This document shows positions 29,834-40,350 of a stretch of 64,000 nt of DNA, piece by piece (positions within the stretch are counted from its first letter, which is position 1; each line of letters opens with the position of its first letter). Both the position numbers and the translations under genes were made by a program. Location of the stretch: positions 736,001 to 800,000 of the forward strand of contig CAWCKJ010000003.1 in the NCBI GenBank assembly GCA_963796105.1. The letters are read 5' to 3'. Under the pieces are notes generated by a model that saw only the letters and a program-made list of their open reading frames with translations, did not search any database and had not been told where the DNA came from. This stretch comes from a candidate division FCPU426 bacterium (GTDB lineage: Bacteria > Oederibacteriota > Muellerivitia > Muellerivitales > Muellerivitaceae).

Positions 29834-30802
29834 ATGAACGAAGAAACCATACTCAAGTCCAAAGTGCCTTACTCCCAGTCCGGCGAGAAGCTATTGGATT
29901 ACCTTTCCGAACGGTTCCGTTACCGGACTTTGGATTTTTGGAGGGATTCCATCGAGTTGGGGAAGGTCATGGTCAACGGCGAAAAAGTCTCCCCCGATTT
30001 CGTGCTTCAGGGCGGGGATTGGGTGGCCTATCTCGTGGTCCTGCGGGAGCCCCCGGTGGACAAGAACTACAAGATTCTACATGAGGAAGACGCTTTTCTG
30101 GTCGTGGACAAGCCCGGCCAACTCCCCTCCCACGCCGACGGCAATTTCATCAAGAACACCCTCATTTACCTGGTGCGGGAAAAACTATCGGCCTCGGGCT
30201 GGAAAGGCGAAATCCACCTGGTCCACCGCCTGGATCGGGAAACCAGCGGTTTGATGGTTTTGGCCAAGGAAAAGACCGCCCACTTGAATTTGGTGCGCCA
30301 ATTCGAGGATGGCTTGGTCGAAAAGGAATACCTGGCGGCGGTGAAGGGGCAGGTGAGCCGGGACCGTTTCGAGGTGGCGGGAGCCATCGGCAGGGACCCG
30401 GAAAGCCAAATTTCCATCAGACAGAAGGTGGTTAAAGAGGGTGAACCAGGCTCAAAAACCTCGGCCACCTTTTTCGAGAAAGTCCGTGTTTACCAGTCCG
30501 TATCGCTGGTACGCTGTATCCCGAAAACCGGGAGAACCAACCAGATCAGGGTCCACCTGGATTCCATCGGGCATCCCCTGGTCGGGGACAAGCTCTACGG
30601 CAGGACGGATGAGGAATACCTGGCCTTTATCCGCCACGTGAAGGCGGGGGGAAGCCCAGATTTCAAGGGCATCGCCGAGGTCCCCAGGCACCTCCTGCAC
30701 GCCGGCAAACTATCCTTCAAGCACCCCGCAAGTGGGGAGAAATTGACCTTCGAATCCCCCATCCCCCAGGACATGAGGGAATATTTGGACCACCAGGAAT
30801 AA
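29834..30802 (+). CDS. RluA/RluD-family pseudouridine synthase
   Basis: S4-like N-terminus, 'VHRLDRETSG', 'TGRTNQIRVH', 'GDKLYG'. Confidence 0.92.
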   Translation: MNEETILKSKVPYSQSGEKLLDYLSERFRYRTLDFWRDSIELGKVMVNGEKVSPDFVLQGGDWVAYLVVLREPPVDKNYKILHEEDAFLVVDKPGQLPSHADGNFIKNTLIYLVREKLSASGWKGEIHLVHRLDRETSGLMVLAKEKTAHLNLVRQFEDGLVEKEYLAAVKGQVSRDRFEVAGAIGRDPESQISIRQKVVKEGEPGSKTSATFFEKVRVYQSVSLVRCIPKTGRTNQIRVHLDSIGHPLVGDKLYGRTDEEYLAFIRHVKAGGSPDFKGIAEVPRHLLHAGKLSFKHPASGEKLTFESPIPQDMREYLDHQE

Positions 30803-31213
30803 CAGCCTATTTCTAGAAGGCTTTCACCACAGGCTTCCTCCGGCAGCGCACAGAAATCTTCACATCGCAGAAAACCGTGGGGGCAATCTTGATGCCCTTG
30901 TTTTCAATAGAGTTAGTGACGCTAATAAAATCACTTCTTTAAAGAGCGGTGCCCCGCACCGAAGTAAGTTGTTATTTGGTTTGTGATATTAAAAAATTGA
31001 AGGTTTACCCTACTGTCCCTTTATGGTTCTGAAAGAACCTGTGCCGATCATCCATAAAAAAATAATGAGATCGGTACGATACCAGCCTCTTTAAATTTTT
31101 ATGGAAGGCCTTTGTGTCGAGGCTTCAAGCCGAGACGCGCCTCTGGTGTGGCGGGCCATCAATTAATGGGCCCGGCCTGGCAGGTGGTGAAAATTGATTT
31201 TTATTAGAAGTTC

Positions 31214-31945
31214 TTAGGAGATTTTGCGGTCCGCGTCCCAAAGCTTGATGCCACCCAGGATGCCGGCGTCATTGGAGACGACCTTCATGTCCTTCTCCAG
31301 CTTGAAATCGAGGTGGCGCGCGTTGCCCCCGCCGATATAAACCTTGTCGTAATTGATCAGGGTATGGAGGATCTCGAAGGCCCGCTTAACCCTTTTATTC
31401 CATTTCTTCTTGCCCTTGGCGTGAAGAACCTTGTCCCCGATATATTCGTTGTAGGTTTTCCCTTTGCGGGTGGGATGCTGGGCCAGTTCCAGGTGGGGCA
31501 TCAGCTCACCGTCGCGGTAGAGCGCCGTTCCGACGCCGGTTCCAAGGGTGACCACCAGTTCCAGGCCTTTCCCCGCGATGACCGCCAAGCCCTGCATATC
31601 CGCGTCGTTCAGGAGCCTCACGGGCTTCCCCCATTGTTTCTCAAGGGCCTTGGCCAGGGGGAACACCTTCCAATGCTTGGGCCCTCCCAGGTTGGGGGCC
31701 GTGATGACCCACCCGTTCCGGACCACACCGGGAAATCCGACGGAAACCCGGTCGAATGCCGGCAGGGGTTCCGCGAGCTTTTTCAATTCCTTGACCAGCA
31801 ATTCCGGCGGGCAGGGAATAGGGGTGACCACCCGGACCCGCTCCACCACCATTTTTCCCTTCGTATCCAGGACGGAGGCCTTGAGTCCGGTGCCGCCGAC
31901 ATCAATGGAAAGAGTGAGGGGATTTTGTTTTTTAGGTTTGGTCAA
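31214..31945 (-). CDS. ROK-family sugar kinase (polyphosphate glucokinase-like)
   Basis: 'IDVGGTGLK', 'VGFPGVV', 'NDAD', 'TLGTGVGTA', 'ELAQH'. Confidence 0.8.
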   Translation of the reverse strand: MTKPKKQNPLTLSIDVGGTGLKASVLDTKGKMVVERVRVVTPIPCPPELLVKELKKLAEPLPAFDRVSVGFPGVVRNGWVITAPNLGGPKHWKVFPLAKALEKQWGKPVRLLNDADMQGLAVIAGKGLELVVTLGTGVGTALYRDGELMPHLELAQHPTRKGKTYNEYIGDKVLHAKGKKKWNKRVKRAFEILHTLINYDKVYIGGGNARHLDFKLEKDMKVVSNDAGILGGIKLWDADRKIS

Positions 31946-32242
31946 ACAGGTCCGCCTTTCTGCTTTTAAAAAAGTATAGGTGTTTTACCCGTTCGTTGAA
32001 ACGAAATTCAATGTAAAAACTCACCCCAGCGATCCGATTCGTTTACCGCCCGGAAGGGAAAGGAAATCACCCGCGGTCATCCAACGACGGAAGCTCCCAT
32101 TCGGAAGCTTTACTTCCATCGGCCCTTAATTTATCGAGTTATTCCCCTATGGAGTCACTGCCGGATTTTATTCAAATGTTAAATCTTTTTTAGGGCGGCC
32201 CGAACGGGTTCATGGTTATAATATGGTTAGTAAGGGGGCAAC

Positions 32243-32611
32243 ATGCCTGAGGGAAATATTTTCATCGAGAAGCGGACCCATCCGCGGGTTTCGGAAACCA
32301 TACCCATTAAATACTATATTTTCGAGGATCCGATCCAGGATTGCATCAAAAGGGAAAAAGACTCCCAAACCCTGGACTTGAGCTTGGGCGGGGTTTATCT
32401 CAAGGCCGACCAGGATTTGAAAGTCGGGACGATCCTTCGTTTGAACATCACCCTGCCAAACATGCCCGAAACCATTCCCACCTTCGCCGAGGTCTGCTGG
32501 GTCAGCTCGAAAGGGGCGGGGCTTCACTTTCTGGTCATGTCGGAAGACGACGAGGAAGCCTTAAAAACCTATATCTCCAAGAAGATGGTCGATAAAAAAT
32601 CCGATAAATAA
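32243..32611 (+). CDS. Stand-alone PilZ domain protein
   Basis: KRTHPR and DLSLGG motifs. Confidence 0.85.
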   Translation: MPEGNIFIEKRTHPRVSETIPIKYYIFEDPIQDCIKREKDSQTLDLSLGGVYLKADQDLKVGTILRLNITLPNMPETIPTFAEVCWVSSKGAGLHFLVMSEDDEEALKTYISKKMVDKKSDK

Positions 32612-32663
32612 AACCCCTTTTTTGTTCCAGTCCATCAGCATCCCCCGAAAAACACCAGAAACA

Positions 32664-33320
32664 TTATCCCCGATGATGCCGTATATCTTTTCCCATGACC
32701 ATGTATATGACGTCCTCGGCCACATTGGTGGCGTGGTCGGCGATTCTCTCTAAGTATCGGGAGACCAGGATGAGGTCCAGCGCCCTCTTGATGTTGACCC
32801 GGTCCTCCAGCATGTAGCTGATGAGTTCCCGGATGAGCTGGTCGTTGAGGTTGTCCACCTCGTCGTCCCGCTCGCAAACCTTCCGGGCCATGGCGGCGTC
32901 CCGGTTCACCAGGGAGTCCAGGGAAACCTTGACCATTTCCTGCGCGATGGAGGCCAAATGGGGAATGTCGATCAAGGGCTTCAGGGGGGCCACCTCGTTC
33001 AAAGTAAGAGCCCTCTCACAGATGTTGACCGCCAAGTCCCCCATGCGCTCCAGGTCCGAGTTGATCTTCATGGAGCTGGTGATGAAGCGCATGTCCCCCG
33101 CCATGGGCTGGTGCAGGGCCAGGAGCTTGTGGCAGACCTCGTCCACCTCGATCTCCAGGTCGTTGATGTCCCTGTCGCTTTGCATGACCCTCCGTGCCAG
33201 TTTGGAGTCCCGGTCCACGATGGATTTCATGGCCAGGCGGATGGACTCCTCAACCTTGCTTCCCATGAGAAGGATTTTTTCCTTCAGGCCCGCTAATTCC
33301 TCATCGAATAATATTTCCAT
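32664..33320 (-). CDS. phoU: Phosphate signalling protein PhoU
   Basis: 'QPMAGDMR', 'DLERMGD', 'LERIADHATN'; follows pstB. Confidence 0.95.
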   Translation of the reverse strand: MEILFDEELAGLKEKILLMGSKVEESIRLAMKSIVDRDSKLARRVMQSDRDINDLEIEVDEVCHKLLALHQPMAGDMRFITSSMKINSDLERMGDLAVNICERALTLNEVAPLKPLIDIPHLASIAQEMVKVSLDSLVNRDAAMARKVCERDDEVDNLNDQLIRELISYMLEDRVNIKRALDLILVSRYLERIADHATNVAEDVIYMVMGKDIRHHRG

Positions 33321-33356
33321 TCCCTGCTCCTCAATTGTGTCGTGATTTTAAACGGC

Positions 33357-34232
33357 TCAGCCGAATCGTCCCGTGATGTAGTCTTCCGTCAGCTTGTTCG
33401 CTGGATTGGTGAACACTTTCTCGGTATTGTCGTACTCCACGAGTTTCCCGTTCAGCATGAAGGCGGTCTTCTGGGAAACCCGCGCGGCCTGCTGCATGTT
33501 GTGGGTGACAATGATAATGGTGTAATTTTGCTTCAATTCGTGGATAAGTTCCTCAACTTTCGACGTGGAAATGGGGTCCAGGGCCGAGCAGGGCTCGTCC
33601 ATGAGAAGCACCTCCAAATCCACCGCGAGGGCGCGGGCGATGCAAAGCCTCTGCTGCTGGCCCCCGGAGAGGGCGGCTCCCGGCTTTTGCAGGGAATCCT
33701 TGACCTCCTCCCAAAGGGCGGCCTTCATAAGGCTTTTTTCCATGGCCTCATCCAGCCTCTTCCTGTCGCGCACCCCGTTCAACCTCAAGCCTGCCACCAC
33801 GTTGTCATAAATGGAAAGGGTTGGAAATGGCGTGGGCTTCTGGAAAACCATCCCTACACGCCGACGCACGTCCACAGGATCCATGGCCTTGCTGTAAATG
33901 CTCGTCCCGTCAAGAGTGATGTCCCCCGCAAAGCGGGAGTTCGCCACGGTCTCGTGCATCCGGTTGAAGCAGCGAATCAAGGTGGATTTGCCGCATCCAG
34001 AGGGCCCGATGATGGCAGTCACTTCCCTCTCGTGGATTTCCATCTCCACGGAAAACAGGGCCTGCTTATCGCCGAACCAGGCGCAGGCTTTATGGACGCC
34101 CATCTTGACCTTTAATTCCACGCCGGATGGTTCCTGGTGAGCCACCTCGATCTTGCGGGCTTCTTTTTTTCCGATTCCTGGTTCCACTTGGGCCCTCTTT
34201 TCTTCCCCTTTTTGAGTCAATTCCTCAAGCAT
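33357..34232 (-). CDS. pstB: Phosphate ABC transporter ATPase
   Basis: [22 protein letters not shown], '[10 protein letters not shown]'. Confidence 0.95.
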   Translation of the reverse strand: MLEELTQKGEEKRAQVEPGIGKKEARKIEVAHQEPSGVELKVKMGVHKACAWFGDKQALFSVEMEIHEREVTAIIGPSGCGKSTLIRCFNRMHETVANSRFAGDITLDGTSIYSKAMDPVDVRRRVGMVFQKPTPFPTLSIYDNVVAGLRLNGVRDRKRLDEAMEKSLMKAALWEEVKDSLQKPGAALSGGQQQRLCIARALAVDLEVLLMDEPCSALDPISTSKVEELIHELKQNYTIIIVTHNMQQAARVSQKTAFMLNGKLVEYDNTEKVFTNPANKLTEDYITGRFG

Positions 34233-34332
34233 ATTTCCTCCCCCATCTCTAACCGGATTTCAGCCCGGCAAATTCTTTAATCAGTTTGTCTCTTCGTTCA
34301 GACGGATTTTTCTGATCCGTCCATGACTCCAA

Positions 34333-35184
34333 TCACCGCAGAAGCTGGCGGGGATTCTTGAAAAACATTTTCGCGGCCCCGTTGATGACCAGCACCAGTC
34401 CTAAAAGAACCAGGGCGCCGGTCCAGGCCTGATCCTGCCAATCCTTGAAAGGCGAGATGGCGTAAGTGAAAACCTGAACCGTCAGGGAAGCCGTTGGTTC
34501 GTTGATTCCCTTGGGCCAAAATTGGTTGTTGAAGGCAGTGAACAGAAGAGGCGCGGTTTCTCCAGCGATGCGGGCGATGGAAAGCAGGACACCGGTCAGG
34601 ATGCCGTTTTTCGCCGTGCGAATCACCACGCTTAAAATGGTCGTGGACTGCGGCACACCGAGAGCCCAGGAGGCCTCCCGGATGGAATGCGGCACCATCT
34701 TGACCAGTTCCTCGGTCGTGCGGGTGACGATGGGGATCATCATGAACCCCAGGGCCACGCCCCCCGCCAAGGCCGAGAAATTGTGCATGGGCCTGACGAT
34801 CAAGGCGTAAGCCACGATGCCCGTCACGATGGAGGGCACGCCCGAGAGCACGTCGGCCGTGAAGCGCACCATCCAGGCGAACTTGTTCTTCTTGCCGAAC
34901 TCGGAGAGATAGACGCCCGCCAAAATGCCGATGGGCAGTCCCACGCAGGAGGCGACCAGAACCAGGGTCAAAGTGCCTAATATGGAATTGGCCATTCCCC
35001 CGCCTTCCACCCCCACCGGAGTGGGAAGGCTCGTCAGGAAAGTCCAGTTCAAGCGCCGGAAACCCTGGATCACAACGTACCCTAAAAGGCTCAAAAGCGG
35101 GATCATAGCGATAAAGGCTGCGAACCCACAGAGGAATACCATGGTCCTGTCGATGATTTTTCTCTTCAAATGGTGCTCGAACAT
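34333..35184 (-). CDS. pstA: Phosphate ABC transporter permease
   Basis: 'GVPSIV', 'ARIAGETAPL'. Confidence 0.93.
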   Translation of the reverse strand: MFEHHLKRKIIDRTMVFLCGFAAFIAMIPLLSLLGYVVIQGFRRLNWTFLTSLPTPVGVEGGGMANSILGTLTLVLVASCVGLPIGILAGVYLSEFGKKNKFAWMVRFTADVLSGVPSIVTGIVAYALIVRPMHNFSALAGGVALGFMMIPIVTRTTEELVKMVPHSIREASWALGVPQSTTILSVVIRTAKNGILTGVLLSIARIAGETAPLLFTAFNNQFWPKGINEPTASLTVQVFTYAISPFKDWQDQAWTGALVLLGLVLVINGAAKMFFKNPRQLLR

Positions 35185-35200
35185 TTCTGGTTTTCCTTTT

Positions 35201-36181
35201 TTATCGCTGGAATTTCGAGGTCGTGAACCAGACCAACAGATGGGCCACAACGTTTAAAATCAACGTGATGGCCATCAATAAAAGGCCGATTTCAGCCAGG
35301 GCGGAGATATGGATGTCCCCCACCGCCTCCGAAAACTCATTGGCGATGACGCTGGCCATGCTGTGGGAGGGGTCCAGCAGGTTCATGGAGACCTGGGGCC
35401 GGTTGCCGATGACCATGGTCACCGCCATGGTTTCCCCCAAGGCCCTTCCAAGGGCCAGCATGATTGCTCCCAAGAGGCCTACTTTGGAGGGCTTCAGGAC
35501 CGCCAATTGGATGGTTTCCCAGCTCGTGGCCCCCAGGGCCTTGGCGGATTCCCGGAAACTGTTGGGGACCGCCTCGAAAACCTCCCGGCTGATGGCCGTG
35601 ATGGTGGGAAGAATCATGACAGAAAGGATCACCCCGGCGGTGAAGAGGGACAATCCGGTGGAAGGACCCTTGAAGAAGGGCGCCCCAAGGAACTTCATTA
35701 AAAACGGGTCCACATGGACGCGCATGAATGGCGCCAGGAGAAAAATTCCCCAAAGGCCGTAAACCACGCTGGGAATAGCCGCGAGAGTCTCCACGAGGAA
35801 AGCCACGGGCTCCCGCATTTTCATGGGGGCGAGTTCCGTGAGAAAAAGGGCGATACCCAGCCCGAATGGCGTAGCGATTAACAGGGCAATGAATGAGGAA
35901 GCCAAGGTGCCGTAAACGTAAGGGACCGCGCCGAAGATCCCGTTGATGGGGTCCCAATCGGATGAGGTCAGGAACTGCCAGCCCATCTTATGCATGGCGG
36001 GCAGGGAGGCGTGCCAAAGGGTGAAAGCCGTCATGACGGCCAGGAAAAGGATCAGAAAGGCGAAAAAGGCGGTGAGTTTCCGGAACAGGCTGTCCACGAA
36101 AGCTGCTTCCCGGAACTTAGAAAAAAACGGGGGGGCCTTCGCGGCCCCCCCGTTCCCTGTAATCTCTGCTGTTTGGTTCAA
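35201..36181 (-). CDS. pstC: Phosphate ABC transporter permease
   Basis: 'AAIPSVVYGLWG', 'GRALGETMAV'. Confidence 0.93.
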   Translation of the reverse strand: MNQTAEITGNGGAAKAPPFFSKFREAAFVDSLFRKLTAFFAFLILFLAVMTAFTLWHASLPAMHKMGWQFLTSSDWDPINGIFGAVPYVYGTLASSFIALLIATPFGLGIALFLTELAPMKMREPVAFLVETLAAIPSVVYGLWGIFLLAPFMRVHVDPFLMKFLGAPFFKGPSTGLSLFTAGVILSVMILPTITAISREVFEAVPNSFRESAKALGATSWETIQLAVLKPSKVGLLGAIMLALGRALGETMAVTMVIGNRPQVSMNLLDPSHSMASVIANEFSEAVGDIHISALAEIGLLLMAITLILNVVAHLLVWFTTSKFQR

Positions 36182-36222
36182 TTCAACCCCGCTTCAAATT
36201 TCATGACTTTTTTTGAGGCTTG

Positions 36223-37242
36223 TTAGTACTTCACTTGTTCGATCTGGGCTTTCACTTTTGTCACGAGCGACTCAGGCAAAGGAGCGTACAACAGCTCAGC
36301 CGCCATGTCCTCGCCCTCGGTCAAATACCACTTGAGAAAATCAGTCAAGGCTTTGCCGTTATCCGCGTTCTGGATGCCCTTGGGGATCAAGAGCCAGGTG
36401 AAACCGCAGATGGGATAGGCGTTCTCGCCGCCCGCGTTGGTGATCATCACGCGGAAATCCTTCGGCATGTGCTTGACAGCTCCCGCGGCCGCCGCAGTGG
36501 TGGACTCAACGGAAGGATTCACGTAATTTCCAGCCTTGTTCTTCATCTCAGCGTAGGGCAGTTTATTCTTGACTGCATAGGCCAATTCCACGTACCCGAT
36601 GGTTCCGGGAATCTGCTGGATCAGGCCCGCCACGCCCTCATTTCCCTTCCCGCCGACGCCCACCGGCCATTTCACCGAGGTTCCAAAACCCACGGTGGAG
36701 GCCCATTTGGTGCTGACCTTGGTGAGGTAGTTGGTGAAGATATTGGTGGTTCCGCTTCCGTCCGAGCGGTGCGCCACAGTGATGACGGTGTCGGGCAGCG
36801 TCGCGCCGGAGTTCAACTCGGCGATGGCCGGGTCGTTCCACTTGGTGATGCCGCCGCTATAGATGCCTTCCAAAACTTCGGCGTTTAATTTCAATTTTTC
36901 AATGCCGGAAAGATTGTAGGAGATGGCCACAGCGCCTGCCACGGTCGGGAAATGAAGGACCCCGCCGCTGATCTTGGCCATCTGCTCGTCCGACATGGGA
37001 GCGTCGGAGGCGCCGAAATCCACGGTCCCGTTCGTCAACTGCTGGATTCCCCCGCCGGAACCGATGGACTGGTAATTGATCTGCACCCCGGTCTTCTTGT
37101 TGTACTCGTAGAACCACTTGGAATAGATGGGATAGGGGAAGGTGGCTCCCGCTCCGTTCAGCGAAGCGGCGGCCGCGGCTCCCGCTCCCATCAGGGTGGC
37201 GCCCATGAGCGCTCCCGCTAGAATCTTTCCTAATTTATTCAT
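36223..37242 (-). CDS. pstS: Phosphate-binding periplasmic protein
   Basis: 'GAGATFPYP', 'GSGGG', 'DFGASD', 'RSDGSGT'. Confidence 0.95.
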   Translation of the reverse strand: MNKLGKILAGALMGATLMGAGAAAAASLNGAGATFPYPIYSKWFYEYNKKTGVQINYQSIGSGGGIQQLTNGTVDFGASDAPMSDEQMAKISGGVLHFPTVAGAVAISYNLSGIEKLKLNAEVLEGIYSGGITKWNDPAIAELNSGATLPDTVITVAHRSDGSGTTNIFTNYLTKVSTKWASTVGFGTSVKWPVGVGGKGNEGVAGLIQQIPGTIGYVELAYAVKNKLPYAEMKNKAGNYVNPSVESTTAAAAGAVKHMPKDFRVMITNAGGENAYPICGFTWLLIPKGIQNADNGKALTDFLKWYLTEGEDMAAELLYAPLPESLVTKVKAQIEQVKY

Positions 37243-37294
37243 CTTTTTCTCCTCTTTTCGCTTTAGATTTTAAGGCTCATCCCAGGGGCGGTTT

Positions 37295-37310
37295 GTTACA
37301 TCCGCGTTAA
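37295..37310 (-). promoter_or_regulatory. Putative Pho-box-like direct repeat upstream of pstS
   Basis: Minus strand TTAAC-N6-GTAAC (11-bp period). Confidence 0.5.
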
Positions 37311-37398
37311 ATCCCCCTGAGCCCCCCTTTGGGAGGGGGGCTAGGAGGGGAGAGGGGGTCGGCCCGGTTCCCTGATTGCCGGGCGGCCCCTTGAGAAA

Positions 37399-38877
37399 TT
37401 AGAAGCTCATCAAAAGATCGACATAGGTGAGGTATTCCGGATTGATGGATGTCCCTCCCAGCTTGTCGTTAGGCGCACCCAGCCATACGTAATTCTGGTC
37501 GTACACGTGGCAAACGGCCCAGGACGTCACCATCAGCTGGACGTTGTTCTCCAAGCCGTAGGTGAGGTTCGCCTTGAGGTATTCCCGGTTGTTGTTTCCC
37601 GGATCGTCGTCCGTCAGGAAGCCCAATTGGGCGTTCGGCTCCAGGTATCCCACCGCGAGGAAGCCGGCCAGGTCGCCCTTGGCCTTCACCGCGTTGATGT
37701 TAACCTGTGCGAAGAAACCGAATTGGTTCGACAATTTGGGAAGAACGACCCCATTTTGGGTCGATCCGTCCTGGTAAACCCCCTTGAGAGGCATCTTGCT
37801 GAGGGTCTGGTTTTCCCCGAGAGGCACGTAGAAGGAATTCAGGTTGTCGATCCCGTGAAAAGTCCAGCCAATGGGTATCCCACCCACCACGTGATTAATC
37901 TTGATCATTCCCTCAAGCATTTGGATGTTGGGGATCGAACCGCCGAAATCCCAGATCATTCCGTCAGAGCCCACCAAGGCGTTGTTCAAGGCCAAGGCTC
38001 CGTTCGGCGGGGCGACGATATTACCGCCCGCCAGAGCCGTCACGTTCGGGATGTACTCATATCCCGCCATGAGGGTGGCGTTGGTGTCGGTGTCGAACTT
38101 GAGAAGCTGCTCAAGCTGGAAATTGGCCATGTATTCGTCGGTGTCGGCACCGGCCGGGTAAAGAATGACCGACGTCACGCCGTTGCTGTTGACGTTGTTG
38201 ATGGCTTCAGACCCGCCGCCGTTCTGGTTGGCCAAATCGAAATAGGTAGCCCGGAATTTGGTGTTCGTGTTGGCGTTGGACAACTCCAACAGCACGCCTT
38301 CCGGCACGATGTCCGGATCCCAGGTGATGGGGGACACCAACAGGGGATTCGGCATTTTCCCAGCGGTAATCTTGACGGCTTTGTTCAGCCAGGACGGCGT
38401 ATAGGTTAAGTAAGCCTGGTCGATGAACAAGGACGCATCCACGAAGCCCGCGTCAAATGTCTGGTTCTCGCTGTTGGGGTTGTTGCTGGAGCCGGTGGAA
38501 ATCCTCAAGCCGCCGGTAACGTCACCGTCGGTCTTCATCACCCCGAGGCGCGCCCGAAAACGTCCCCGCGTGATGTCTTGGATGGGCCCGCCGGAGGTGA
38601 GGGCCGTTCCCGCGGTGTTCAACAACTCAGGATCCGACTGGACCTGCGTCCTGTAATCGAACCGAACACGGACATCCCCGAAGAACTTCAAGCCCAATAT
38701 CTTCTCGATATCGGACAGGCGGCTTGCTTCCGTTCCCAGGGCGGAGTTCATGTCCTCCCTGAGCGTTCCCAGTGAATCTTGCTCCGAAGCGTCTTCCCCT
38801 TGTGCGGCGGATACGGGCGCGGTCAGGACCGCCAACCCCGCTGCCAGGTAGAGTAAAAACATCCAGAACCTTTTCAT
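37399..38877 (-). CDS. Putative outer-membrane porin
   Basis: Signal peptide, 'FFGDVRVRFD', 'RFRARLG', 'IDQAYL.Y', 'WDPD..PEG', C-terminal Phe; directly upstream of pstS. Confidence 0.75.
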   Translation of the reverse strand: MKRFWMFLLYLAAGLAVLTAPVSAAQGEDASEQDSLGTLREDMNSALGTEASRLSDIEKILGLKFFGDVRVRFDYRTQVQSDPELLNTAGTALTSGGPIQDITRGRFRARLGVMKTDGDVTGGLRISTGSSNNPNSENQTFDAGFVDASLFIDQAYLTYTPSWLNKAVKITAGKMPNPLLVSPITWDPDIVPEGVLLELSNANTNTKFRATYFDLANQNGGGSEAINNVNSNGVTSVILYPAGADTDEYMANFQLEQLLKFDTDTNATLMAGYEYIPNVTALAGGNIVAPPNGALALNNALVGSDGMIWDFGGSIPNIQMLEGMIKINHVVGGIPIGWTFHGIDNLNSFYVPLGENQTLSKMPLKGVYQDGSTQNGVVLPKLSNQFGFFAQVNINAVKAKGDLAGFLAVGYLEPNAQLGFLTDDDPGNNNREYLKANLTYGLENNVQLMVTSWAVCHVYDQNYVWLGAPNDKLGGTSINPEYLTYVDLLMSF

Positions 38878-39045
38878 AATCTCTCCTTCTTCTTTTTTAT
38901 TTTTTCAACCCGGTAATCGGGCTTTCAGCCTTCTTCTTGGTGGTCGTCGATGTGTGTTGGTAAACCTTAAACCGGCTTTCAAATTTGACTTTCCTTCTTA
39001 GGGCCCCTAAAAACTCACGCGGAACCCTTTCTTCCCAGCCGGTTC

Positions 39046-39693
39046 TTAGAACGGGCAGGTCTTGATATTCAACTCGTAGTCAACCGAGGTACCTTGCGCC
39101 GCGGGCAGGACCCAAATGTCGGAGCCCGTGATACCCCCCGCGACATTCGTATAATAGGAAGTCCCGGCGGTTCCCCCAGTCTTGCTTCCCAAGGTGAAGG
39201 TGGTGATGCCGTTATTAGCCTTGTCCTGGGTGTAACGGCACAACAACACGTAATTGCCGGCGCTCAGGCTTGTGCTAGTGATCGGTACATTGATCCATTG
39301 CGCCGTGACTGCCGCGCTGAAGACCTGGACTTTCCCAGTGTTGCTCACGCTTGTGGCTTTTCCGCCGCTGACGGAGAACAACGCCGTTTCCAGCATGTCG
39401 GTTCCCGGCATCGGAGTGGTGGTCGTATCCTCCGAGCAATAAACGCTGAACTGCGTGATGGTCGTGGCCTTGGCCAGGCTGACCGCAAAACCCGCCACAT
39501 CGGCGTTGTTCATGACTGTCGTCATGTCAATGCCGGCCGCTACGTCGTTGTTGCCGTTGATCGGGCAGACTGTCGGCGTGGCTGTCGCCGCGGCCGCGGC
39601 GTGGGTGATGGTGTTGTTGGCGTTGCAAGCCAGCGACAGCATCCCCCCTATCGACAAAATCGCGAAGCCCCAGATGACAAAAATCTTTTTCAC
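39046..39693 (-). CDS. Putative lipoprotein
   Basis: GTG start after GGAGG; lipobox LSLAC. Confidence 0.7.
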   Translation of the reverse strand: MKKIFVIWGFAILSIGGMLSLACNANNTITHAAAAATATPTVCPINGNNDVAAGIDMTTVMNNADVAGFAVSLAKATTITQFSVYCSEDTTTTPMPGTDMLETALFSVSGGKATSVSNTGKVQVFSAAVTAQWINVPITSTSLSAGNYVLLCRYTQDKANNGITTFTLGSKTGGTAGTSYYTNVAGGITGSDIWVLPAAQGTSVDYELNIKTCPF

Positions 39694-39852
39694 AAAAACC
39701 TCCCGTAAATTGAGTTGAATTTTTCCCGGTCCGGATTCTTCGGTTTCCTTGAGGGATTGAAAATCGAGGTGTCGAGGAGTGAACAAAAACCGAGCCGAGT
39801 GAATTTCGTGGGGGAATTTACAAAAGGGGGGTGCTGGGAACATTTCAAGGAT

Positions 39853-39868
39853 GTTAAATCGGCGTTAA
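39853..39868 (-). promoter_or_regulatory. Putative Pho-box-like direct repeat
   Basis: Minus strand TTAAC-N6-TTAAC. Confidence 0.5.
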
Positions 39869-39979
39869 CTTCGGCATGCATTTAACAGCTATTCACTAAC
39901 ATGGACTTAAACCAGGTGGAAATAATTGAACGTTTCCAGCAACAAACCAGACAAAATAATAGGCACCTCGCCTAAAACA

Positions 39980-40005
39980 AAAAAAGCCCGCCGGGCAGGG
40001 CGGGC
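39980..40005 (-). terminator. Intrinsic terminator
   Basis: Minus strand GCCCGCC-loop-GGCGGGC followed by a T tract. Confidence 0.75.
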
Positions 40006-40043
40006 ACGGTCTTTTCAATTGTTTTACCGGTTGTTCAACGGGC

Positions 40044-40193
40044 TTAATTCAAAGATGGAACCACGGTCAATAGGAATATGCACTCAGGGCAGTACAACAA
40101 GTGGTATTCCACGTCGGCCTTTTCCGAATCCGTCAATTTCCCCGCGCGGTAAAGATCCAGCATCTTTTTTATCTTCTCGCAATCCTCATCCAT
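40044..40193 (-). CDS. 49-aa stand-alone zf-HC2 (ZAS-type) zinc-finger protein
   Basis: 'CEKIKKMLDLY..GKL...E...VEYHLLYCPEC' (HxxxCxxC); GAGGGGAG RBS; terminator downstream. Confidence 0.65.
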   Translation of the reverse strand: MDEDCEKIKKMLDLYRAGKLTDSEKADVEYHLLYCPECIFLLTVVPSLN

Positions 40194-40350
40194 GACTCCC
40201 CTCGCTTTCCGGCGTCCATAGGCGTCGCGCGGCCGCCCCTTCTCTTTCATTTCCAGGCGTTAAGGCCGCTCCAAGCGTACAACCTGACTGCTAACTAAAT
40301 TAATGCATCAACCATGCCAACTCACGGGAGCGTAAAACTAAGGAAATAGA

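Noticed and set aside
30803..31213. ncRNA in the 400-bp gap after the RluA-family gene
   Set aside because: Only short scattered hairpins; no tRNA or known RNA motif seen.
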